This document shows positions 18,157 through 27,014 of a DNA stretch of 32,000 nt, piece after piece. This stretch comes from Candidatus Hadarchaeota archaeon (GTDB taxonomy: Archaea > Hadarchaeota > Hadarchaeia > Hadarchaeales > Hadarchaeaceae). The DNA is taken from assembly GCA_964514965.1 (NCBI GenBank), contig CAZETV010000001.1, positions 390,001 through 422,000 of the forward strand, read 5' to 3'. The notes beneath the pieces were generated by a model. The model did not search any database. It was given only the letters and a program-made list of their open reading frames with translations, and was not told where the DNA came from. Both the position numbers and the translations under genes were made by a program. The stretch's first letter is position 1. Every line of letters starts with the position of its first letter.

Positions 18157-18225
18157 ATGCAACTTCGTTTACAAAATCACGGTGAGAAAGCCTCCGACTT
18201 CCTGAAGTGGCCGAATCTACACTAA
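18157..18225 (+). CDS. Possible 22-aa leaderless small ORF MQLRLQNHGEKASDFLKWPNLH
   Basis: ATG lies about 29 bp after the TATA centre, directly after the second palindrome; 23 codons including TAA. No homology claim. Confidence 0.3.
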   Translation: MQLRLQNHGEKASDFLKWPNLH

Positions 18226-18444
18226 TTTTATGAACTCTTCCCTTGTTAGGCCAGACTGTCTGATGATTTCGAGTAAAGTGCCCCTGTCTATTTCTTTATG
18301 ATAAGGAACGACAACACCTTTCTTCTTGCCCTCCACGAATTTGACAAGAATAACGTGGCTACCTTTCCTTCTCGCTACTTGGAATCCGATTTTGGAAAGG
18401 GTCCTAATGACATCTTTACCCGACAGCACCGGTAGCTTTTTCAT
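18217..18444 (-). CDS. hicA: HicA-like mRNA interferase toxin
   Basis: 'KKLPVLSGKDVIRTLSKIGFQVARRKGSHVILVK...VVVPYHKEIDRGTLLEIIRQSGLTREEFIKL'. The track ORF extends to 18456. Confidence 0.94.
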   Translation of the reverse strand: MKKLPVLSGKDVIRTLSKIGFQVARRKGSHVILVKFVEGKKKGVVVPYHKEIDRGTLLEIIRQSGLTREEFIKLV

Positions 18445-18646
18445 GCCTAACGCCAAATCTCGTGATTATCATTGGTTCACCGCCGACCTCTTCTGGTAAC
18501 CCCATCTCTTCTACGTACAGCTCGGCGGCCTCCTTCAAATTTCCCAACGCCTCCTCAACCGTGTGTCCCTGGCTGGCGACATCCAATTCTGGGCACAGGG
18601 CCACGTATTGTTTTTCGCCTTTTTTGATTATCGCGGTCAACTCCAT
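18416..18646 (-). CDS. hicB: HicB-like antitoxin
   Basis: 'MELTAIIKKGEKQYVALCPELDVASQGHTVEEALGNLKEAAELYVEE'. Located upstream of and overlapping hicA. Start trimmed to MELTA. Confidence 0.93.
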   Translation of the reverse strand: MELTAIIKKGEKQYVALCPELDVASQGHTVEEALGNLKEAAELYVEEMGLPEEVGGEPMIITRFGVRHEKATGAVG

Positions 18647-18785
18647 AGCTCCACCCCTGAAAATTGACACTTGGAACCACTTAAAGTTTTCTGGATTGGG
18701 TCAAGCAATGCCGAAATTGTTTTCCATGAAAGCTTTTCCCAAAAGGGTTTTTCCAATGAACGCTGTTTGTAAACTGATGATGGGC

Positions 18786-19934
18786 ATGAGGATAGCATAC
18801 GTTCACGACGCGATTTATCCTTTCGTGAAGGGCGGCGCCGAGAAGCGGATGTACGAGTTCTCCCGTCGTCTGGTAAAGCGTGGGCATGAGGTTCACGTAT
18901 TCGGCATGCGGTGGTGGGGCGAAGAGCCTGAGATCGAGCGGGAAGGGGTTCACCTCCACGGGGTCTGCAAAGCCGTCCCACTCTACTCCAGAGGGCGGAG
19001 GTCGATCAGGGCAGCGATGACGTTTGCTAGGAGCGTCCTGCCGGAACTCATTAAGAAGAAATTCGACGTGATAGACTGCTACCAAGCGCCTTACCTCCAC
19101 GCTTTCCCAACGAAAATCGGCGCCCTTTTGAAGCGAACACCTCTGGTGGTCACATGGCATGAAGTATGGCGTGGGTACTGGCGGGAGTACCTCGGGTCGC
19201 TTGGCGCTGTGGGGAGGCTCATGGAGAAGACGATTTTGCTCGGATTGGCGGACAGGGTCGTCGCGGTTTCCGACCAGACGAAAGACGACTTGGTTTCATT
19301 GGGCGTGAGCGTGGACAAAATAAGCATCATCCCGAACGGAATTGATTTTGATGATATCTCAAAAGTGTTGCCATCACCAGAGAAGCTCGATGCAGTTTAT
19401 CTGGGGCGGCTGATCAAGCCCAAAAATGTCGATATACTGCTCAGGGCCGGTGCTGCCTTGAAGAAGGAACTCCCAGGGTTGAAGATCGGGATAATCGGGG
19501 ACGGGCCCGAGAGGAAGAACCTTGAAGATTTATCAACGGAACTCGGCATCAGGGATAATGTAATGTTTTTCGGTTTTGTGGAGAACTTTGACGAAGTCGT
19601 GGCACTGATGAAATCGTCAAAAATTTTCGTTATACCATCAACACAGGAGGGCGGGGCGAGCATAGTGACGCTCGAAGCAAACGCCTGTGGCTTGCCGGTA
19701 ATCGCTGCCGACCATCCGCTCGGTATAGACAAGCGGCTAATCCCAACTGACGTAACCGGCTTCTTCGTTAAATTGACACCAGAAGATTTCGCTAAAAAAA
19801 TTCAGATGCTCCTAAAGGACGAAAAATTGAGAAGCGAGATGAAAGCTAACGCGATAAAGTTCGCGCAGCGCTACGATTGGGGAGGAGTAACAAGCGAGAT
19901 AGAGACGGTTTACAAACAGAAATACCGAAGATAG
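18786..19934 (+). CDS. Glycosyltransferase family 4 (GT-B) protein
   Basis: 'MRIAYVHDAIYPFVKGGAEKRMYEFSRRLVKRGHEVHVFG', 'VVTWHEVW', 'IPNGIDF', 'EGGASIVTLEANACGLPVIAAD'. The track ORF from 18462 is over-extended across hicB. Confidence 0.92.
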   Translation: MRIAYVHDAIYPFVKGGAEKRMYEFSRRLVKRGHEVHVFGMRWWGEEPEIEREGVHLHGVCKAVPLYSRGRRSIRAAMTFARSVLPELIKKKFDVIDCYQAPYLHAFPTKIGALLKRTPLVVTWHEVWRGYWREYLGSLGAVGRLMEKTILLGLADRVVAVSDQTKDDLVSLGVSVDKISIIPNGIDFDDISKVLPSPEKLDAVYLGRLIKPKNVDILLRAGAALKKELPGLKIGIIGDGPERKNLEDLSTELGIRDNVMFFGFVENFDEVVALMKSSKIFVIPSTQEGGASIVTLEANACGLPVIAADHPLGIDKRLIPTDVTGFFVKLTPEDFAKKIQMLLKDEKLRSEMKANAIKFAQRYDWGGVTSEIETVYKQKYRR

Positions 19935-19940
19935 TACATT

Positions 19941-20990
19941 TCAAATAACGCTTTTTAACATCCCTCTTATTTCATCTTTACTGAGCAGGCGCGCATCTTT
20001 TGAAACCAATCTTTTCCTTTTCGCCGCGAGATACTCTTTAGTAAGCGGTTTGTGTACTATCTTGCCTGGTTTTTTAAGCACGACATCCGGCAACTCGACC
20101 GGGGGCTTGACTATAAACATTTCTCCTGTTTCCTGAACCCACACCGATTCCTCTTCGGTCATCAGCTCCTCGTGGAACTTCTCACCAGGCCGAATCCCAA
20201 TGATTTTAGTTTTCACTTCGCTTGGGACATGCCCGTATCCCGGCGCAAGCTCTTCAATCATAGCCTCTGCCAGATCGCCTACGCGCACAGCCGGCATTTT
20301 GAAAATGAAAACTTCACCGCCATCGGACATCTGCGTGGCTTTCAGAACCAACTCCACCGCCCGCTGCATCGTCATCACAAATCTAGTCATGTTCGGATCA
20401 GTGACGGTGACAGGCCCCCCCGCGCTTATCTGTTTCACGAAAACCGGGATAACGGATCCGCTCGACCCCAGCACGTTTCCAAATCTCACGCACGATATGG
20501 CTGTTTTCCTAGGCCCCTTGTAGTAGTTTGCTGATATAGTGAGTTTTTCCGCGAGCATTTTGGTGGTACCCATCACGCTTACAGGATTCACGGCCTTGTC
20601 CGTACTTATAGTTATGAACTTCTCGACTTCCTCGTCTATTGCAGCCTCTATGACATTTTGAGTACCAAGCACATTCGTTTTCACGGCTTCGAACGGATTG
20701 TACTCGCAAGACGGAACGTGCTTTAGCGCCGCGGCATGAAAAACTACGTCTATGTTTTCCATCGCCCGTTTTATCCTCTCCTTGTCTCGCACGTCCCCCA
20801 CGAGAAATCGAATGTTCGGGGTGGGCAACAATTCATTTGCAAGTTCGAACTGTGCCTCCTCATCAATGTCCAGTATCCTCACTACCCCGGCCCTGTAGCT
20901 CAGAAGCTTTCGGGCAATTTCGCTGCCGATCGACCCTGTGCCCCCCGTTATCAGGATATTCTTCCCCCTGAAAAAATCGCCCAACATCAC
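19941..20990 (-). CDS. Nucleotide-HexNAc 4,6-dehydratase (FlaA1/PseB/LegB type, polysaccharide biosynthesis family)
   Basis: 'KNILITGGTGSIGSEIARKLLSY', 'VFHAAALKHVPSCEYNPFEAVKTNVLGTQNV', 'STDKAVNPVSVMGTTKMLAEK', 'SCVRFGNVLGSSGSVIPVF'. Confidence 0.94.
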   Translation of the reverse strand: MMLGDFFRGKNILITGGTGSIGSEIARKLLSYRAGVVRILDIDEEAQFELANELLPTPNIRFLVGDVRDKERIKRAMENIDVVFHAAALKHVPSCEYNPFEAVKTNVLGTQNVIEAAIDEEVEKFITISTDKAVNPVSVMGTTKMLAEKLTISANYYKGPRKTAISCVRFGNVLGSSGSVIPVFVKQISAGGPVTVTDPNMTRFVMTMQRAVELVLKATQMSDGGEVFIFKMPAVRVGDLAEAMIEELAPGYGHVPSEVKTKIIGIRPGEKFHEELMTEEESVWVQETGEMFIVKPPVELPDVVLKKPGKIVHKPLTKEYLAAKRKRLVSKDARLLSKDEIRGMLKSVI

Positions 20991-22123
20991 GACTCCTCGA
21001 AGAAGGTTTCAACCGCTTTTGTTATATAATCCATATCCTTCCGCGTCAGGGCGGGATAAATCGGCAGGGACAAAACTTGTTTTGATATCTCTTCGGTCAC
21101 GTGCAGCTCGGTTTTGTAGCCCAATTTTTTCCTGTAGAAGTAGGTTAGGTGAACCGGATAGAAAAAAACCTTGGTCATGATACCTTTCTTGGCGAGGTAC
21201 TCAGAAAGGGTGTCCCTGCGTCCGTCCTTCACCCTGATCGTGTATATTTGATACACGTGGAAATAACCTTCAGAAGGTGATGGGGGAATCACCCCTTCAA
21301 CCTCATCTAATTTTTTAGTGAGGTACTCCGCGTTTTTTCTTCTCATTTTAATTATCTTGTCAACCTTCTTGAGCTGTGCGACGCCGAGTGCCGCGGTTAT
21401 GTTGGACATTCTGAAATTGTACCCCAAATCGATGTAATCTGCGTATTCAGGTGAAGTGAAGTAATCGCTATTCTCAGGCCTGCCATGCGATCTGATGAGT
21501 TTCAACTTTTCACTAATCTCTTTTGAGTCGGTCACTACTGCCCCACCCTCACCCATCGTGATAACTTTATTCTGACAGAAGCTGAGTACCGCCGCATCGC
21601 CGAAAGCGCCGACCTTCTTGCCGCCAACCATCGCGCCGAACGCCTCCGCGGCGTCCTCTATCAAAAGTAGATCATTATCCTCGGCGATTTCCCTCAATTC
21701 CCGTATCAAACAAGGGGAACCTCCATAATGAACAGGGATAATCGCTTTTGTTTTCCCCGTTATTTTTTCTTTCACATCTTCTGGATCCAGTCCGTACGTT
21801 TTTTCCTCGATATCTGCGAAGACCGGTTTCGCGCCAACAAACAAGGGGGAGTTTGCCGTCGCGATAAACGTGAAAGACGGGACGATCACTTCGTCTCCTT
21901 TTCCAATGCCATACGCCAGTAGGGCTGCGTGTAAAGCCGAGGTTCCAGAGTTGAAAACCACGGAATACTTCGCTCCGATATATCCAGAAATCCCCTTTTC
22001 AAACTCCTCAACATGTGGACCGATCGCCCAGTACATTCCCTTTTCTATGGCGTTTTTTACCGCTTGGACATCTTCCTCGTCCCAGAATATCTTAAACAAT
22101 GGGATTTTCCAATTTTGGGGCAT
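20987..22123 (-). CDS. DegT-family aminotransferase (LegC/PseC-like)
   Basis: 'KYSVVFNSGTSALHAALLAYGIGKGDEVIVPSFTFIATANS', 'LLLIEDAAEAFGAMVGGKKVGAFGDAAVLSFCQNKVITMGEGG', 'YNFRMSNITAALGVAQ'. 4-nt overlap with the dehydratase. Confidence 0.94.
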   Translation of the reverse strand: MPQNWKIPLFKIFWDEEDVQAVKNAIEKGMYWAIGPHVEEFEKGISGYIGAKYSVVFNSGTSALHAALLAYGIGKGDEVIVPSFTFIATANSPLFVGAKPVFADIEEKTYGLDPEDVKEKITGKTKAIIPVHYGGSPCLIRELREIAEDNDLLLIEDAAEAFGAMVGGKKVGAFGDAAVLSFCQNKVITMGEGGAVVTDSKEISEKLKLIRSHGRPENSDYFTSPEYADYIDLGYNFRMSNITAALGVAQLKKVDKIIKMRRKNAEYLTKKLDEVEGVIPPSPSEGYFHVYQIYTIRVKDGRRDTLSEYLAKKGIMTKVFFYPVHLTYFYRKKLGYKTELHVTEEISKQVLSLPIYPALTRKDMDYITKAVETFFEES

Positions 22124-22130
22124 TTAACCA

Positions 22131-23471
22131 TCATTGTAATACATCGCCCAGCTTAAAATAATCTGAAGCTTGTTCTTCTTTTCGGAGTTTATTGATTATG
22201 ATGAAACCATCCACTGTTGTAACTTTGACTCCTCCTGACCCTGTTTTTCCAAAAATTAACCCAGGCAGCGGCGATATCCTTTTTCTGATATGTGGCAGAA
22301 TAGTTTCCTCTATTACTGTCTTTTCTCCCTTGTAATTGACAAACGCTCCTGGATACGGATACGCCAACGCACGTACCTTGTTGTGTATATCCAAAGCCCT
22401 TTCAAAGCGGAAATCGATGAGCCCATCATCCGGTCTTCTCCTCGGAAAATAACTTCCTTCAAAGGGGCTTTGGGGAATCGGTTTGACCTTCTCTTTCTTC
22501 AAAAGGCGGAGAGCTTTCAGGACCATCTGGGGAAAGCTAGGCAACCCCTTTAGCAATACATCTATTGCTCTTTCGTCTCTCGATACTCTCATAACTTTCT
22601 GAAGGATGATGGGTCCTCCGTCAATCACCTCCGTCATGAAATGAACAGTTATCCCGACGCTCCTTTCTCCGTTAATGATGGCCCAGTTTATGGGGGCCCT
22701 CCCTCGATACCATGGCAGGCACCCGAAGTGAATATTTATGATTTTATTTTCGAATTTTTTCAATATTTCCTCTCGGAGTATCTGGTGGTAGGAAACAACG
22801 ACGATATAGTCCAGGTCTATTTTTGTGATCTCTTTCAGAAATTCTGGAGAATTTACATCAGCGGGCTTAAAGACGAGCAGATTCAGTTCCTGTGCTACCG
22901 CCTCAAGGGAGTCATATACTCCAAACTTTGCAAACCTTTTGGATGCCTCCTTTTCCTTTCTGTTGAATTCGTCCGTTTCGGTCACGACTCCAACTACTAG
23001 ATAACTTTCCGAAACCAGAGCCGATAAGACCATGCATGCCCATTTTCCGTGTCCCATCAGGAGGATTTTCGCTTTATCGGCTTTGCTGGGCCCCCCCCCC
23101 ACCACAGCGCCTTCCGGAACGTCTTTGTTTACAAACGAACATGCTGCGACAGTCGCATTTTCGCCTATGGTTACTCCGGGCATAATCACCGTGTGGGATC
23201 CCACCTTGGCATTCCTCTTTATCGTGACCTTTCCATTCTTCCCATCAATTGTGGACTCGGAATAGATAGAGCAATGAGAACCTATTTGAACGTTTTCTTG
23301 GATATCAACCCCATACTTTGCGTTGATGTAAGTGAAGGCACCTATGTCGGTGTTTTTCCCCAGTTTCAGGTTTTCGTGATGCCGGCACATCCAGTTCCAC
23401 TTGGTCATTCCTTTCTCATCGAATTCTGGGGGTTTCCAATTTTTGAATCGCTTGTCCATAGTAACCATCAA
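22131..23471 (-). CDS. Bifunctional or fused hexapeptide-repeat acyltransferase plus formyltransferase-family protein
   Basis: N-part left-handed beta-helix pattern 'LGKNTDIGAFTYINAKYGVDIQENVQIGSHCSIYS...VTIGENATVAACSFVNKDVPEGAVVGGG'. C-part Fmt/ArnA-like 'INIHFGCLPWYRGRAPINWAIINGERSVGITVHFMTEVIDGGPIILQ'. Junction encoded by a G10 tract. Confidence 0.85.
   Translation of the reverse strand: MMVTMDKRFKNWKPPEFDEKGMTKWNWMCRHHENLKLGKNTDIGAFTYINAKYGVDIQENVQIGSHCSIYSESTIDGKNGKVTIKRNAKVGSHTVIMPGVTIGENATVAACSFVNKDVPEGAVVGGGPSKADKAKILLMGHGKWACMVLSALVSESYLVVGVVTETDEFNRKEKEASKRFAKFGVYDSLEAVAQELNLLVFKPADVNSPEFLKEITKIDLDYIVVVSYHQILREEILKKFENKIINIHFGCLPWYRGRAPINWAIINGERSVGITVHFMTEVIDGGPIILQKVMRVSRDERAIDVLLKGLPSFPQMVLKALRLLKKEKVKPIPQSPFEGSYFPRRRPDDGLIDFRFERALDIHNKVRALAYPYPGAFVNYKGEKTVIEETILPHIRKRISPLPGLIFGKTGSGGVKVTTVDGFIIINKLRKEEQASDYFKLGDVLQ
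23091..23100 (-). repeat. 10-nt homopolymer G (C on plus strand) at the domain junction
   Basis: Direct read of cccccccccc between gctttgctggg and accacagcg. Confidence 0.95.
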
Positions 23472-24613
23472 TAGATAATTTTCTTCTGCAATAAAGATGG
23501 CGTGATTTCGATTTCAGCCAGTATTTTTACTATCCTCTGTGCGGCCCTTCCGTCACCATACGGATTTTTGCATTTTCTAACTTTTTCTCTAAATTTCTCG
23601 CCATAAAGTGCTTTTTTCACAGCGTTGACAATCTCTTTTCTCTCGTATCCAACATCTATTACATTCGTGGATCTTTCTCGCCCCGCTTGTCTAGTGCCTA
23701 TGTTGACGACAGGTAGGTGAAACGATGGTGCCTCGATGATTCCGCTGCTCGAGTTTCCAACCATAACATTCACTACCTTCATTAGGCCCAAATAATCGGC
23801 ATATGGGATACTCTTAAAGGATTTAATGAACGGATATTTTTCGTATTTTTTTATCATGTTTATCATCCTGCGCCCACCAGCATCCGCATTTGGGTAAATC
23901 AAAATTGTCTGGTGTTTAAGTTCAACAATTGCGTCCAGCGTCTCTTTTATCTGATGTGCCGCTTCGTTAGATTCTGTCACAACCGGATGCTGCAAAACCA
24001 ATAAAATAGGTTTCGATAAGTCGAGAGAATATTTTTTGGAGAGTTTGGTCCATTCTGGCAACTTTTCATTTAATATTGTATCTAAAGCGGGGGCACCAAC
24101 CACAAAAACTCTTGAAGGATCCTCACCCATTTTTATTATCCTGTTTGCGCTTTCTTGAGTAGCCGGGAAATGAATGTGTGCTAACTTGGTAATCACATGC
24201 CTAACTGAATCATCAACACCCCCGGAAACCTCTCCACCGTGTGAATGGGCTATCGGAATACCGATATATGACGCAGTAACTGCTCCAGCAAGCATTTCAG
24301 CTCTGTCCCCCAGGAGGACGAGAAAATCCGGTTTTGCCTTCTCCAATACTTCAGTCATTTTTTCGATGCATTTACCGATTGATTTCACCATCGCAACTCC
24401 GGTGTCCTCCGCATGAAGCATTTCTACTTTTGCATCGATTTTGAATCCATCTTTTCTTATTTCTTTGATTGTGTATCCAAATTCTCTTGAGAGATGCATT
24501 CCGGTCACTATAAGCACAAGTTCAAGACGCGGATGTGCCTTTATCGCTTTAAGCACTGGCTTCAGAATTCCGTATTCCGCCCGGGTACCGGTAAAAACGG
24601 CGATCTTTCTCAT
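23468..24613 (-). CDS. neuC: Hydrolysing UDP/GDP-HexNAc 2-epimerase (NeuC/LegG-like)
   Basis: 'KIAVFTGTRAEYGILKPVLKAI', 'LVLIVTGMHLSREFGYTIKEI', 'LVLLGDRAEMLAGA', 'IPIAHSHGGEVSGGVDDSVRHVITKLAHIHF'. Confidence 0.95.
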   Translation of the reverse strand: MRKIAVFTGTRAEYGILKPVLKAIKAHPRLELVLIVTGMHLSREFGYTIKEIRKDGFKIDAKVEMLHAEDTGVAMVKSIGKCIEKMTEVLEKAKPDFLVLLGDRAEMLAGAVTASYIGIPIAHSHGGEVSGGVDDSVRHVITKLAHIHFPATQESANRIIKMGEDPSRVFVVGAPALDTILNEKLPEWTKLSKKYSLDLSKPILLVLQHPVVTESNEAAHQIKETLDAIVELKHQTILIYPNADAGGRRMINMIKKYEKYPFIKSFKSIPYADYLGLMKVVNVMVGNSSSGIIEAPSFHLPVVNIGTRQAGRERSTNVIDVGYERKEIVNAVKKALYGEKFREKVRKCKNPYGDGRAAQRIVKILAEIEITPSLLQKKIIY

Positions 24614-24614
24614 C

Positions 24615-25664
24615 CTATCCCGTCAATTTTTCAAACGTAATGGGCTCGTCCACCTTTATATCCTTCTTCGCCCTCTTTCCAATAACTTTTTTTAGATACT
24701 TAGGATTGAGACCTGTGCCCGACCTCTTGAGATCCAGCATATCCTCAGCTATCACGGTGCCTTTTGATATGTCCACCTTGGCCACTATGCTTCTCCTCAC
24801 GGCTTTCTTCATGGCCTCCTCACTTTCGGTTGGCCTCTTTACCCCATTCCCCAAGGCTTTTTCAACCTCTCTGATGTGCTCCACCATCTCCCTAAATTCG
24901 CCCGGTTCTAGGGAAGCTTTGTGATCTGGTCCCGGTAGTTTTCTATCTAATGTGAAGTGTTTTTCGATGATTGTTGCCCCCAAAGCCGCAGCCGCTATCG
25001 GAACGGTTGTGCCAACGGTATGGTCGGAGAGGCCTACCGATAACCCAAACATATGCATTAGGGTTTCCATAGCTCTAAGATTGGTCTCCTCAACTTTTGC
25101 AGGATAGTTGCTTACACAGTGGAGCAAAACAACTTCTTTCGCTCCCTCCTCCATTATCGTTTTCAGCGCCTCTTCGACCTCACCCAAATTTGACATGCCC
25201 GTGGACATGATTACCGGCTTTCCCTTTCTCGCTGCATGTTTGAGCAACGGGAGATTGGTTATCTCGCCAGATGGAATTTTGAATGCTGGTACTTTCAGCT
25301 CATCGAGAAAATCAATACTTTCCTCGTCAAATGCGGACGCCAAAAAGATGATATTTTTTTTCTTCGCGTAGCCAGAAAGTTTTTTAAAATCGTCCCTCGT
25401 CAACTCAAGTTTCTTCAACATATCGTGCTGGCTGCCTGCCCCCGTGCTCCTTTTTTGATACGCAGGTTTCTCGGCGGTCTTTGTGACCAACCGCTCGGCA
25501 CGAAAAATCTGAAACTTGACCGCGTCAGCGCCGGCTTTTTTTGCCGCGTCGATTAGCTTTTTAGCTAGGTCGAGTTTTCCGTTGTGGTTTACCCCGGCTT
25601 CCGCAATAATAAAACAGGACTTTCCCTCCCCTACCACCTTATTCGAGATTTTTACATTTTTCAC
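24615..25664 (-). CDS. neuB: Nonulosonate synthase (NeuB/LegI family)
   Basis: 'CFIIAEAGVNHNGKLDLAKKLIDAAKKAGADAVKFQ', 'IPSGEITNLPLLKHAARKGKPVIMSTGMSNLGEVEEAL', 'VGLSDHT', C-terminal antifreeze/SAF-like domain. Confidence 0.95.
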   Translation of the reverse strand: MKNVKISNKVVGEGKSCFIIAEAGVNHNGKLDLAKKLIDAAKKAGADAVKFQIFRAERLVTKTAEKPAYQKRSTGAGSQHDMLKKLELTRDDFKKLSGYAKKKNIIFLASAFDEESIDFLDELKVPAFKIPSGEITNLPLLKHAARKGKPVIMSTGMSNLGEVEEALKTIMEEGAKEVVLLHCVSNYPAKVEETNLRAMETLMHMFGLSVGLSDHTVGTTVPIAAAALGATIIEKHFTLDRKLPGPDHKASLEPGEFREMVEHIREVEKALGNGVKRPTESEEAMKKAVRRSIVAKVDISKGTVIAEDMLDLKRSGTGLNPKYLKKVIGKRAKKDIKVDEPITFEKLTG

Positions 25665-25698
25665 AAATTTTACCCCAGTCCATTTTTTTCAAATGTCG

Positions 25699-27012
25699 TC
25701 AGGCAAGCCTTTTGAAACCCGTGTGGGCAACGGGACCTCTCAACAATTTCCTGACCCTGCCACTCTCCGCTGCTTTCTTTATAATTTCAAACACTTCGCC
25801 GACATTCCTCAGATATTTCGATACGTGCGCCTTGGTATGGCTGTACGAAGCGTACAGGCTCTTCGAGGCTAGGAACCCCCTGTCCAACATCTCTTGGGTG
25901 AACAGCGTGTGCATGGCTTGGGCATCGTCGTGCTCGAACGCGAATGTGGTCAAGGGAGGTATTCCCATAGTTCTTATTTTCAGGTCGTGGGCATCCGCAA
26001 GTCTTTTCCAACCGTCGCTGACCAAATTTCCGATTTTGCACAGGTGTTTTGGCACATTATTTTTTCGCATTTTATTTATGGTGACGATGGAAGCCGCGGG
26101 ACCTATTCTATCGGTCCAATAGGTGCTACTTATGAAGCTCTCTTGGGCAACGTCCATGACTTCCCTCTTGCCCACCACCGCAGCCATTGGGAATCCGTTG
26201 CTCATGGCTTTCCCGTATACCGCGATATCTGGGTAGACCTTATACAGCGCGTGAATTCCACCAACATTCATACGCCATCCCGAGGTTATTTCATCGAATA
26301 TCAGGACAGCGCCGATTTCATCCGCAATTTTTCTAACTTTTTTCAGGAAATTGTTTTTTGGCTCTTGGTGCCTTATAGGCTCCATCGCTATCACGCCGAT
26401 GTCCTTATTTTTTGATACGATATTCTCTAGCTCTTCTATTTTGTTGTAGTTGAATGGGATCGATGTTCCAATCAGACACCTCGGAACGCCCTTGGGGTCT
26501 AATCCTGGAAGCAGATGCCCATCCAGATTCTTTTCGTTTGCCAAATTGGCTGAGAGATACCAATCATGCCAGCCGTGGTAACCACAAAATGCTATTTTGT
26601 CTCTTCCAGTATATGCCCGCCCAATCCTGATAGCTACCGCCATAGCCTCCCCACCTGTCTTCGTGTATCTCACCATGTTCGCCCACGGATTCAAACCCAG
26701 CAAAAGCTCCGCCAATTCAACTTCTTCGGGGCAGTTTAGAGTAGTCATCGGAGCCAAGTCTATCGCTCTTTTCACCGCTTCATTTACATCAGGGTCGGCA
26801 TATCCGAGCACACAGGCTCCGATGCCCATGTACGACATATCGATTAACCTGTTGCTATCAAGGTCCCAAATTTCGTCGCCCTTTGCCTTCTTGAAATAGG
26901 CCGGCCACTGCGCCGGAAGAAACATCTCAGAACGTTTAGAAAGCAACTGGGTCCCCCCAGGGATTACTTTTTTCGCAGCTTTCCACAACTTTGGGCCTTT
27001 TTTTATTTTCAC
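25699..27012 (-). CDS. Class-III aminotransferase, glutamate-1-semialdehyde aminomutase-like
   Basis: 'AKKVIPGGTQLLSKRSEMF', 'RYTKTGGEAMAVAIRIGRAYTGRDKIAFCGYHGWHDWY', 'GAVLIFDEITSGWRM', 'DIAVYGKAMSNGFPMAAVVG'. Confidence 0.9.
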   Translation of the reverse strand: MKIKKGPKLWKAAKKVIPGGTQLLSKRSEMFLPAQWPAYFKKAKGDEIWDLDSNRLIDMSYMGIGACVLGYADPDVNEAVKRAIDLAPMTTLNCPEEVELAELLLGLNPWANMVRYTKTGGEAMAVAIRIGRAYTGRDKIAFCGYHGWHDWYLSANLANEKNLDGHLLPGLDPKGVPRCLIGTSIPFNYNKIEELENIVSKNKDIGVIAMEPIRHQEPKNNFLKKVRKIADEIGAVLIFDEITSGWRMNVGGIHALYKVYPDIAVYGKAMSNGFPMAAVVGKREVMDVAQESFISSTYWTDRIGPAASIVTINKMRKNNVPKHLCKIGNLVSDGWKRLADAHDLKIRTMGIPPLTTFAFEHDDAQAMHTLFTQEMLDRGFLASKSLYASYSHTKAHVSKYLRNVGEVFEIIKKAAESGRVRKLLRGPVAHTGFKRLA

Positions 27013-27014
27013 GG

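Noticed and set aside
18462-18785. N-terminal 108 aa of the 490-aa plus-strand ORF before the glycosyltransferase
   Set aside because: Antisense to hicB. The GT-B fold starts at MRIAYVHDAIYPFVKGGAEKR (18786).
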